Assembly: GCA_963665115.1 (NCBI GenBank)
Contig: OY762007.1
Span: 2,592,001-2,656,000 of the forward strand
Origin: an uncultured Rivularia sp.
Lineage (GTDB): Bacteria > Cyanobacteriota > Cyanobacteriia > Cyanobacteriales > Nostocaceae
Direction of reading: 5' to 3'
DNA: 64,000 bases
Both the position numbers and the translations under genes were made by a program. The notes beneath the pieces were generated by a model. That model searched no databases. It was not told where the DNA came from and saw only the letters and a list, made by a program, of their open reading frames with translations. Positions 10,882-20,148 of the stretch are shown here, piece by piece (the first letter of the stretch is position 1; every line of letters starts with the position of its first letter).

Positions 10882-11629
10882 TGAACTTGATACTAAAATG
10901 CGGGTATTTGAAACCGCTCACGATTATTGCGTATTACCGGGAATTTATATAGTAGCCAGATTGGATGGACGGGGTTTTACTCGTTTAACAAAAGACGTGC
11001 ATAAATTTAAAGCACCCTATGACGAACGTTTTCGAGACTATATGTTAGATACCGTAGAACATTTAATGAATAGCGGCTTTGATGTTACTTACGGTTACAC
11101 TCAGAGCGATGAAATCTCCTTATTATTTAACTTAGAAGATGAAACATTTAATCGCAAAACTCGTAAAATAAACTCAGTTTTAGCAGGAGAAGCTAGCGCT
11201 AAATTTTCATTACTTTTAGGAGATATAGGTTGTTTTGACTGTCGGATTTCTCAACTTGCGAATATTCAACAAGTAATAGACTATTTCCGCTGGAGACAGC
11301 AAGATGCTCATCGGAATTCGCTCAATTCTCACAGTTATTGGTGTTTGCGTGGAGATGGAGAAACAGCCCGTAAAGCTACTAGTATTATGGAGGGTTTATC
11401 AGTAGCCGATAAAAACGAATTATTATTTAAACATGGAGTTAATTTTAACGAATTACCCAATTGGCAAAAACGCGGAATAGGTTTGTATTGGGAAGAATAC
11501 GAAAAAGAAGGATATAACCCAATTAAAGATGAAACTGTTTTTACAACGAGACGACGGATAAAAAGGGAATTGGATTTACCGATGAAGGATGATTATAGTG
11601 AATTTATTCGAGGATTATTTGCTAGTTGA
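10871..11629 (+). CDS. thg1: Thg1-like protein (tRNAHis guanylyltransferase family, 3'-5' nucleotidyltransferase)
   Basis: 'ARLDGRGF', 'YTQSDEISL', 'FDCR', 'DYFRWRQQDA'; GTG start overlaps the kinase 3' end by 11 nt. Confidence 0.92.
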   Translation: MKFDELDTKMRVFETAHDYCVLPGIYIVARLDGRGFTRLTKDVHKFKAPYDERFRDYMLDTVEHLMNSGFDVTYGYTQSDEISLLFNLEDETFNRKTRKINSVLAGEASAKFSLLLGDIGCFDCRISQLANIQQVIDYFRWRQQDAHRNSLNSHSYWCLRGDGETARKATSIMEGLSVADKNELLFKHGVNFNELPNWQKRGIGLYWEEYEKEGYNPIKDETVFTTRRRIKRELDLPMKDDYSEFIRGLFAS

Positions 11630-11671
11630 AATTATCGCAATCGTATATGTTTTTGTATTTGACATATTTAG

Positions 11672-11700
11672 AAACCCGATTTTTTGAACAAACCGGGTTT
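11672..11700. terminator. Hairpin between convergent genes (repeat-family terminator)
   Basis: AAACCCGATTT..AAACCGGGTTT; related copies at 47808-47836 and 63579-63607, each next to a gene 3' end. Confidence 0.55.
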
Positions 11701-11708
11701 ATTTATTC

Positions 11709-13139
11709 TCATGAGTGATTTATAAATAAAGTTTTAAATCTCATGTCATTGCGAATATTTTCAAAAAATGACTCGTTATTTGCTTTTTCGCGGAACTCTT
11801 CAGGATTAATATATATAGCAATTTGTAGATTTTCAACTGCTAAATCTATTTTATTTAAAGCCACATAACAACAAGCTTTATCATATAAAATATTTGGTTG
11901 GTTTGGACGCAAATCTAAAGCTTTGTCGAAAAATAAAATTGCTTCCTCATTTCTTTCTAATTTCTGGAGTACCGAACCATAAATTTTCCATGCTAGATCG
12001 TAATTTGGATTAATTTCTATTGCTTTATTTAAGGCTATAATTGCATCTTCGTTCCGTGCTAGTTTATGAAGTGTGTAACCCCTAAAGCAATGTGCTACAT
12101 AGTTTTGTGAGTCAATTTCTATTACTTTATCAAAAACTGCAATTGCATCTTCATATTTTTCTGATTTACCTAGTGTTGTTCCTAGCCGATTCCGAGCTTG
12201 GCAATTTTGAGGTTCTAATTTTATCACCTTTTTAAAGGTATTAATTGTATCTTCTAACTGTCCTAAACGATATAGGATGTTAGCCTTTTTATATAAAGCA
12301 TCTGGGGAATTCGGCTGAATCTCTATTGCTTGCTCAAAACAAGCTAAAGCGGATTCTAATTTTCCTAAATCTAATAATGCAACACCTTTGTGATACCAAG
12401 CTAAGTATAAATTTGGTTTGAACTCGATTGCTTTATCAAAGCAAATAATTGCATCTTCTAATTTTCCCAAGTTATCTAGCGTATAACCTTTCTCATACCA
12501 AGCATTTGCATCATTAGGATGTATTTGTATTACTTTTTCAAAAGAAGTTAAAGCGGATTCTAATTTTCCTAAATCAAATAACGCAATACCTCTGTGATAC
12601 CAAGCTAAGTCATAATCTGGTTTGAACTTGATTGCTTTATCAAAGCACATAACTGCATTTTCTAATTTCCCTAATTCATACAGTGTCAAACCTTTCTCAT
12701 ACCAAGCTTTAGGATAATTAGGCTTTATTAGAATGAGTTTTTCAAAACTAATCAATGCTGCCTCTAATTTTTTTTGTTCAAAAAGCACATCACCCCGTAA
12801 TAGCAAAGCTTTGAGGTAATCTGGCTGAATTTCTATAGCTATATCTATGCTGGAGAGTGCTTCTTGTAATTTTCCGAGTTTAAATAAAGTTACCCCCCGC
12901 TCATACCAAACATAAGGAGAATCCGATGAATGTGCGATCGCCCTTTCAAAATCAATCAGCGCTTCTTCAAAATCTTCTAAACCTTGTAGTGCCATTCCCC
13001 TAAAGACAAGAGCATCATAAGCATTTGGCTCAGATTCTAAAATTTGATTGTAAATTAATAATGCCTCTTCAAAGCGCTTTAATTCGATGAGAGTTACCCC
13101 TAAATGATGCAACCCTTCCCAACTATCAGATAAATTCAT
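11709..13139 (-). CDS. Tetratricopeptide-repeat protein
   Basis: About 13 34-aa TPR units 'AWY.KG..L..LG..E.A...F.KA....P'; C-terminal 'YDKACCY'. Confidence 0.9.
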   Translation of the reverse strand: MNLSDSWEGLHHLGVTLIELKRFEEALLIYNQILESEPNAYDALVFRGMALQGLEDFEEALIDFERAIAHSSDSPYVWYERGVTLFKLGKLQEALSSIDIAIEIQPDYLKALLLRGDVLFEQKKLEAALISFEKLILIKPNYPKAWYEKGLTLYELGKLENAVMCFDKAIKFKPDYDLAWYHRGIALFDLGKLESALTSFEKVIQIHPNDANAWYEKGYTLDNLGKLEDAIICFDKAIEFKPNLYLAWYHKGVALLDLGKLESALACFEQAIEIQPNSPDALYKKANILYRLGQLEDTINTFKKVIKLEPQNCQARNRLGTTLGKSEKYEDAIAVFDKVIEIDSQNYVAHCFRGYTLHKLARNEDAIIALNKAIEINPNYDLAWKIYGSVLQKLERNEEAILFFDKALDLRPNQPNILYDKACCYVALNKIDLAVENLQIAIYINPEEFREKANNESFFENIRNDMRFKTLFINHS

Positions 13140-13281
13140 TTTAGATTTTAAAGTGTCTTATGAAAAAAGAAGTAAATTTAATTGAATTTATTTATTTATA
13201 ACAGAATTTAAATGTATTTATTACAATGCTAAAACTGCTTAATTAAAAAAATATATATTCTTAACTTTAAGGTATAAAAAA

Positions 13282-13617
13282 ATGAATTATTCAGAAGATA
13301 AATACAGAATATGGCTCGAACTTGATGAATATAATATCGAATTAGATAAAAGTTTTGATGAAGAGTACTGTAATGCCATAATATCTTCCCCCAATAGTGT
13401 AGATATTGGTCTAAATGTTTGGAGAGAAAAATACTTTAAAAAAAATATTAATAATCTTGATTTGATAGAGAAAGAGTTTACGACATTGCCAGATATTATT
13501 GTGAAGAATTATCAAGCATCTTCGATTAGGGAAGCTATGATTAACTTAATCGAAAACTTAATCGAAAAACAAAACTTGATTGAGGGAAGAGTTTTTTGTA
13601 TTTTACCTGGCGACTAG
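13282..13617 (+). CDS. Hypothetical small acidic protein
   Basis: 111 aa ORF with AAGG upstream; very AT-rich. Confidence 0.55.
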   Translation: MNYSEDKYRIWLELDEYNIELDKSFDEEYCNAIISSPNSVDIGLNVWREKYFKKNINNLDLIEKEFTTLPDIIVKNYQASSIREAMINLIENLIEKQNLIEGRVFCILPGD

Positions 13618-13714
13618 AAGTCGCGGCTACACAAACAAAACCCCTCTCTACCTCTTACCTCCGCGCCCTCCGCGCTTCTGCGGTTATTATATTCTTATTA
13701 TTCTAAAACAAACT

Positions 13715-16309
13715 ATGAAAATAACTATCCCCGAACTATCTTTAGTAACGCTCATCGGTGCATCTGGTTCCGGTAAATCAAGCTTTGCCAAAAAACACTT
13801 CCAACCTTTTGAAGTCATATCTTCAGATTTTTGTCGCGGATTGGTTTCCAACGACGAAAACAGCCAGGATGCTTCCCGCGATGCTTTCGACGTACTCCAT
13901 TACATCGCTCAAAAACGTTTAGCAGCAGCCAAACTAACAGTAATTGACGCAACCAACGTTCAAAAAGAAGACAGAAAATATTATGTAAACTTAGCAAGAG
14001 AATATCATTGTTTACCAGTTGCTATAGTTTTAAATTTACCCGAAAACGTCTGCCATCAACGCAACCAACAACGTCCAAGTAGACAATTTGGTTCTTACGT
14101 AGTTCAGCGTCACGTGCAAAATTTAAGACGTTCTTTACGCGGTTTACAAAAAGAAGGTTTTCGCTATGTTTACGTGCTTAATTCAATCGAAGAAATCGCA
14201 GCCGTCACAATCGAACGTCAACCATTATGGAACAATCGTAAACACGAACACGGTCCATTTGATATTATTGGTGATATTCACGGTTGCTGCGACGAATTAG
14301 AATTACTATTAGAAAAACTAGGCTACCAAAAATCAGTTAACAATAATAACTCTACCCCCTCTACCCCCTCTACCCCCTCTCCTCTCTACTCCCACCCCCA
14401 AGGACGAAAAGCCCTATTCCTCGGCGATTTAGTAGATAGAGGTCCCCGGATTCTTGATACTGTCAAACTTGTAAAAAACATGGTTCAATCGGGTACGGCG
14501 ATTTGCGTTCCCGGTAATCATGAAAACAAACTTTTGCGCCAAATTCGCGGTAAAAAAGTTAAGCTGAATCACGGTTTAGAGCAAACTGTCGCCGAAATCG
14601 AAGCTTTATCTGAGGAAGTAAAAGAACCATTACTTAAAGAATTAGAACAGTTTATCGACTCTTTGGTAAGTCATTTTGTCCTAGATGATGGACGCTTGGT
14701 AGTAGCTCATGCGGGAATGCGTGAAGAAATGCAGGGAAGGGGTTCGGGAAAAGTGCGGAGTTTTGCGCTGTATGGTGAAACCACCGGCGAAATCGATGAA
14801 TTCGGCTTACCCGTGCGCTACGATTGGGCTTCCGAATATCGCGGTGAAGCGATGGTGGTTTACGGACATACACCAGTACCGGAAGCGGAATGGTTGAATA
14901 ATACGATTGATATTGATACGGGTTGCGTGTTTGGGGGTAAATTAACTGCTTTGCGCTATCCGGAAAGGGAGTTGATTAGCGTAGAAGCAGCGAAGGTTTA
15001 CTGCGAACCCGTGAAACCTTTAGGTAATATAACAGGTGCGGGAATCAGTTCCCAGCAGCAGTTAGATGATGTTTTAAATATTGATGATGTCTTGGGTAAG
15101 CGGATTATTAATGTCCGTCTGCAAAACAAGATTACCATTCGCGAAGAAAATTCCATTGCTGCTTTGGAAGTGATGAGTCGGTTTGCAGCAAATCCCAAAT
15201 GGTTGATTTACCTTCCTCCTACAATGTCACCCGTGGAAACTTCTCAACTACCCGGATATTTGGAGCATCCAAAACAAGCTTTTGCTTATTATAAAAACCA
15301 AGGAGTTACTGAAGTTATTTGCGAAGAAAAACACATGGGTTCGCGAGCGGTTGTTATTGTATGTCGCGACGAAGAAGCTGTTAAAAGAAAGTTTGGAATT
15401 GAGAATGAAGGAATCGGCATTTGCTACACTCGCACCGGAAGACGCTTTTTTAATAATTCGGAATTAGAAGTAGAATTTCTTGCAGAAGTAAATAAAGCGC
15501 TGAGTGAAAGTGACTTTTGGTCAAGATTAAATACTGATTGGGTATGTCTCGATTGCGAACTGATGCCCTGGTCTGCAAAAGCTCAAGGATTAATCCGAAG
15601 TCAATATGCAGCAGTCGGTGCAGCCTCCCGTCCGGCTTTAAGTAATGCCATAAATTTACTTGAGCAAGCCAGTCAAAACGGTATTGAAGTTAACTCTTTA
15701 CTTAGTAAATTTCAACAGCGTCAGGAAATGGCAAATCAATATGTAGACGCTTACCGTCGTTACTGCTGGGAAGTTAACGATATTTCCGATATCAAACTTG
15801 CACCATTTCATATTTTAGCTACAGAAGGTGCGGTACATATCGATAAAAATCATCGCTGGCATATGGAACAAGCTGCTATGTTAGAAAAAGCCAATCCCGA
15901 ACTATTAATGGCAACTAATTATAAAATTATAGATTTAAACGACCCCAGCAGCGAAGCAGAAGGAACCCATTGGTGGGAAGAAATGACAACTAAAGGTGGT
16001 GAAGGAATGGTTGTCAAACCGATGGAATTTATCGTTAAAGGTAAGCGTGGAATTTTGCAACCAGCAGTCAAATGTCGCGGTAAAGAATATCTGCGGATAA
16101 TTTACGGAGCGGAATATACAACTGAAGAGAACTTAGAACGTCTGCGGAAACGCGGGTTATCTTTGAAACGTTCCTTAGCGATGCGGGAATTTGCTTTAGG
16201 TGTGGAAGCACTGGAAAGATTTGTTGCAGAAGCGCCATTGAGAAGAGTGCATGAGTGCGTTTTTGGGGTTTTGGCTTTGGAGAGTGAAGCGGTTGATCCG
16301 AGGTTGTAA
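13715..16309 (+). CDS. pnkp: Bacterial Pnkp (5'-kinase, 2',3'-phosphatase, RNA ligase)
   Basis: 'GASGSGKS' kinase; 'GDIHG','GDLVDRG','GNHE','GHTP','DTG' metallophosphoesterase; 'EEKHMGSR','EGMVVKP','KCRG' ligase; ATG at 13715. Confidence 0.95.
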   Translation: MKITIPELSLVTLIGASGSGKSSFAKKHFQPFEVISSDFCRGLVSNDENSQDASRDAFDVLHYIAQKRLAAAKLTVIDATNVQKEDRKYYVNLAREYHCLPVAIVLNLPENVCHQRNQQRPSRQFGSYVVQRHVQNLRRSLRGLQKEGFRYVYVLNSIEEIAAVTIERQPLWNNRKHEHGPFDIIGDIHGCCDELELLLEKLGYQKSVNNNNSTPSTPSTPSPLYSHPQGRKALFLGDLVDRGPRILDTVKLVKNMVQSGTAICVPGNHENKLLRQIRGKKVKLNHGLEQTVAEIEALSEEVKEPLLKELEQFIDSLVSHFVLDDGRLVVAHAGMREEMQGRGSGKVRSFALYGETTGEIDEFGLPVRYDWASEYRGEAMVVYGHTPVPEAEWLNNTIDIDTGCVFGGKLTALRYPERELISVEAAKVYCEPVKPLGNITGAGISSQQQLDDVLNIDDVLGKRIINVRLQNKITIREENSIAALEVMSRFAANPKWLIYLPPTMSPVETSQLPGYLEHPKQAFAYYKNQGVTEVICEEKHMGSRAVVIVCRDEEAVKRKFGIENEGIGICYTRTGRRFFNNSELEVEFLAEVNKALSESDFWSRLNTDWVCLDCELMPWSAKAQGLIRSQYAAVGAASRPALSNAINLLEQASQNGIEVNSLLSKFQQRQEMANQYVDAYRRYCWEVNDISDIKLAPFHILATEGAVHIDKNHRWHMEQAAMLEKANPELLMATNYKIIDLNDPSSEAEGTHWWEEMTTKGGEGMVVKPMEFIVKGKRGILQPAVKCRGKEYLRIIYGAEYTTEENLERLRKRGLSLKRSLAMREFALGVEALERFVAEAPLRRVHECVFGVLALESEAVDPRL
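14352..14380 (+). repeat. In-frame 9-bp tandem repeat (TCTACCCCC)x3 inside pnkp
   Basis: Encodes STPSTPSTPS in a loop of the phosphatase domain. Confidence 0.8.
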
Positions 16310-16461
16310 GGGGATAAATTTCTTGTGATGTAGGCATTTTGCTTGCTCATGAGAATACCTTTACTGTAAAGTTATAAACAAAACGATTTAAAGCATCTTG
16401 CGAAATTTGAGTTGGACATTTAAACTCTAATCCATATGGATTTGGGGAGAGTGGAAGTATT

Positions 16462-17935
16462 GTGACTGTACTCGCAGGGCGCTATGAAATTACTAAGAAA
16501 TTAGATGAAGGTGGTTTTGGAATAACTTTTCTTGCTAGGGATACTATGCAACCTAGTCAACCCCTGTGTGTAGTTAAGAAATTAAGTCATAATCAAACTA
16601 ATCCAGAGTTTATAAAGCGAATAACTGAAAAATTTAAACAAGAAGCTAATATTTTAGAAAAATTGGGAATACATACCCAGATACCCCAGTTACTGGCCTA
16701 TTTTCAGCAACATAGTAATTTCTATATTGTTCAAGAATTTATTGAAGGGCAAAATATAGAAAAAGAAATCTTAGGAAACAAACGAAATGAAGTTTATGTT
16801 CGTAATTTGTTACAAGAAGTTTTAAAAGTATTATCATTCGTACATCAGCAAGGAGTAATTCATTTAGATATTAAACCCGCAAACCTGATGCGTAGTCGAA
16901 AAGATGGCAGAATTTTTCTAATTGACTTTGGGGCAGTCAAAGAATTGATGTTAAATACCCAAGGAAAATTCGCTTCAAGTGCGCGAACAAGTTTACCGAT
17001 TGGTACCCCTGGATATATGCCAACCGAACAGAGTTTAGGTCAACCTCGTTTTGCAAGTGATGTTTATGCAGTCGGAATGACTGCGATCGCAGCTTTGAGT
17101 GGAGTTCAACCTCACGAATTAGAAGAAGATCCTCATACAGGTGAAGTCATTTGGTCGAACCAAGCGCAAGTCAGCAAGGATTTAGCAGAAGTTATTACCA
17201 AAATGGTGCGCCGTCATCATAGTCTGCGCTACACCTCAGCAGAAGATGCATTACAAGCCTTAAACTCATTGCGACCCTTTAACACCTTATGTTTCAACAC
17301 CACAACAAACATCATCAAAGCCGCAAAGACAACCAGCGCCGACACCAGTAGTGTCAAAGGTATTGCAACAAAAACCACTAAATTTACCAAGCCAACTAAC
17401 GCCGAAGCCTTTAAAAACACTATTAACACCAACAATTCCCTCACATAACACACAGAATGACTTCCCTCGTCGGAAAATACTTGGATTTATTTTAGCTGGA
17501 GCCAGCTTAATTGCTGTTGGTTTGGTACCCATAATATCAAATAGTTCTATTAAAGCAAGGATATACGAAGGTAAATCTTATGCTGGTTCTATGAATCGTA
17601 CCCAACAAGCTTACTACGTTGAAAATAATAAATTCGCTTCAAATATTAAACACTTGAGACTAGGTATCAAATTGAAAAAAAATGATTACAGTGTTAAAAC
17701 CGTGCCGCAATCCAATGATAAAAGTGTAATGAATATCGTTCAAGCTAAGGACAAAAAGCTTAAGAGTTATATTGGGTTAGTTTATTTCAGAAAATTAGGT
17801 GATCGAGATGACTTGCTTGCCAAACTTTGCGAAACCAGCCAATCTTTATCTAAACCCCCTGTAATGCCCAAATTAGCTAAAAATGCGAAATATGATGATA
17901 TAAAATGTCCGTCGGGTTTTAAAGCTATCCTATAG
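16462..17935 (+). CDS. Ser/Thr protein kinase with TM and C-terminal type IV pilin-like G/H domain (one extra base near 17275-17280)
   Basis: 'GGFGITF','HLDIKPAN','IDFG','GTPGYMP'; after correction a Pro-rich linker, TM and 'YEGKSYAGSMNRTQQAYYVEN..F', 'LKSYIGLV', 'C...CP'. Confidence 0.8.
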
Positions 17936-17971
17936 CTGTATACTTTACCTGTTAATTAACTAAAAAATTCA

Positions 17972-18280
17972 ATGGAAATTCTACCCAAACAATGGGCGGA
18001 TATTCAACCGGATGAAATTCACGAGACAACTGATGGATTACTAGTTTCCTTCAGCCCAGAACAAATTAAACTAGGATTAAAGTACGACCAAAATAGCAAA
18101 CATCTAAAAGCAATTGAAAAAGGAATTGTTCCACCACGAGGTAATATCGGACTTGTACCTTCCCAAGAAGTAGATTTCGATTTGAAATCAAAAGTGTTGG
18201 GTAAAGGAGGCGATAAACGTTTTCACGCACAATTTATAGATGAAGTATTACACTTCCCCGGTTTGGTAACAGAACATTAA
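17972..18280 (+). CDS. Hypothetical protein, possible RNase-toxin-like domain
   Basis: 102 aa; 'KGIVPPRGNIG..KVLGKGGDKRF...F....H' pattern; the function is inference only. Confidence 0.6.
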   Translation: MEILPKQWADIQPDEIHETTDGLLVSFSPEQIKLGLKYDQNSKHLKAIEKGIVPPRGNIGLVPSQEVDFDLKSKVLGKGGDKRFHAQFIDEVLHFPGLVTEH

Positions 18281-18289
18281 TTCAAACAT

Positions 18290-18658
18290 ATGACTTTTGT
18301 AGAATTAAAAAATCACCCAGTTTGGCATGATTTTACTGAAGTATTAGAAAACATAGATGCCAATGCATTAATCAAAGAACATTTAGAATTATCCGATTAT
18401 AAAATTTGCGGTTACTGGGATGAAAACGATAATTATTATGAAGAAATTATTCTCCCAAATAACTTAGACACAGAATTAATCAGTAGTTCTATCGGTGTGA
18501 ATCGAAATCAAAAATTTATTCAATTGGAATTTGTTGTTGAAAATAAACTTAATAATCAGATAAGAATTGGTGAATTAATTTTAATCTATGATGAAAATCT
18601 GGAATTCGTTAATGAAAATTGGTCTTTAGATACCGATTTTTTAGAAACTGCTAATTAA
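18290..18658 (+). CDS. Hypothetical acidic protein (possible immunity partner)
   Basis: 122 aa, strongly acidic, starts 9 bp after the previous ORF. Confidence 0.6.
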   Translation: MTFVELKNHPVWHDFTEVLENIDANALIKEHLELSDYKICGYWDENDNYYEEIILPNNLDTELISSSIGVNRNQKFIQLEFVVENKLNNQIRIGELILIYDENLEFVNENWSLDTDFLETAN

Positions 18659-18816
18659 ATTATTTAAATTAACATCTTTGTAGGGTGTGTTATCGCCTAA
18701 GCGTAACGCACCTTTTTGATTAAATTAATTCATAATCCAATATTAAAAACGGTGCGTTAGCCGCGAAAACAAATTAGTTTGTCACTTAATAATTATCTTT
18801 CGCGTCATAACACACC

Positions 18817-19302
18817 CTACTTTTTTTCCGCCTCTCTCCGCTTCATCTCCTCCAAATTCTTCTTTTCAAAATACTGCTGATGCTCATCACTTGCCAACCA
18901 ATAATCCGAAGCTGCTTTTATCTCCGTCACAACATCTCTTTCATACTTCCCCGAATCCTGTAATTTCTGAAAAGAATTTCTCGCCATTACTTCTTGCTCG
19001 GAGTTATGAAAAAATATTACAGAACGATATTGTTCTCCTCTATCCGGCCCTTGACGATTTAAACTTGTAGGGTCGTGAATCTTCCAAAATACTTCTAATA
19101 ATTCATCGTAACTAATAATAGAAGCATCATATTCCACTTGTGTAACTTCAGCGTGCCCCGTAATTCTGGAAACCACATCGAGATAACAGGGATTTTCAAA
19201 ATGTCCCCCCATATATCCAACAGAAGTAGAAGTAACACCGTTTAATCTTTGAAAAGCAGCTTCAACTCCCCAAAAACAACCCGCACCAAATGTAGCTTTC
19301 AT
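18817..19302 (-). CDS. msrA: Peptide-methionine (S)-S-oxide reductase
   Basis: 'FGAGCFWGVE', 'TGHAE', 'HDPT..NRQGPDRGEQYRS', 'HQQY'. Confidence 0.95.
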   Translation of the reverse strand: MKATFGAGCFWGVEAAFQRLNGVTSTSVGYMGGHFENPCYLDVVSRITGHAEVTQVEYDASIISYDELLEVFWKIHDPTSLNRQGPDRGEQYRSVIFFHNSEQEVMARNSFQKLQDSGKYERDVVTEIKAASDYWLASDEHQQYFEKKNLEEMKRREAEKK

Positions 19303-19310
19303 AGTGATTC

Positions 19311-20012
19311 TTATATTAATTCCTGTAAATCTCTAATAACTAAATCGGGAATTGCCATACTTTCATTAAGCTGTTTACCGCGTCTATTTATCCAAACAGT
19401 TGATAATCCCGCCGTTTTTGCTCCACCAACATCGCGCATGATATGGTCGCCAATATACACTATTTTGTCACGCTCGACATCAAAAAATTCAATTGCTTCA
19501 TTAAACAGTTTTGTGGAAGGTTTTATCCAACCGTAATCTGATGAAAAGATAATTACATCAAATAAATCGCGAATCCCAACACGATCAAATTCTTTTAAAA
19601 ATATATCCTTTCTAGACCAAATATTTGAGATAATACCCAAACGATGAGTTTTTCGTAATTGATGCAAAACTTCTATATGCTTTTGGGATATAACTCCAAC
19701 TTCGTGATTTGCAAAAACTTGCTCCAACAAACTTAACTCGCTTGCTGTTAAATATGAAGCTTCGGAGTGTTTCTGTAAATAACTCAACACAGAAGGCAAA
19801 CATTCATAGTTTGCTGGATTTTTACCATCAGCCTTTATTCTTCTTGAAACCGTAAATATAATCTGATTTACTAATTCATCTGTCAATAAATTTCCACCTA
19901 AACTACGATAAGTAGCCGCAAAATCTTCAGTATTGAAGAAACGATAACCACTAAACATAAAAGTGTGCCCTACGTCTAGTAGAAGCACATCAAAATTATT
20001 TATAAAAATCAT
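19311..20012 (-). CDS. HAD-superfamily hydrolase
   Basis: 'LLDVGHT', 'ISN', 'KP', 'GDHIMRDVGGA'. Confidence 0.85.
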   Translation of the reverse strand: MIFINNFDVLLLDVGHTFMFSGYRFFNTEDFAATYRSLGGNLLTDELVNQIIFTVSRRIKADGKNPANYECLPSVLSYLQKHSEASYLTASELSLLEQVFANHEVGVISQKHIEVLHQLRKTHRLGIISNIWSRKDIFLKEFDRVGIRDLFDVIIFSSDYGWIKPSTKLFNEAIEFFDVERDKIVYIGDHIMRDVGGAKTAGLSTVWINRRGKQLNESMAIPDLVIRDLQELI

Positions 20013-20148
20013 TCGTAATTGTTTTGATAATGAAAAGAACCATCTTTACGAAAAAACGTCTCCTTCCATACTAGTAGAGGTAGAAGCATACAGTTGAATG
20101 CTTTATCAAAAGTGTTTAATATAAACTTTCGGTTTTCAGGGAGGCTTT

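Noticed and set aside
13580..13714. N-terminal extensions of pnkp (also 10363-10431, 29591-29650, 23782-23955)
   Set aside because: They run through repeats or low-complexity intergenic DNA; downstream ATGs match the family starts
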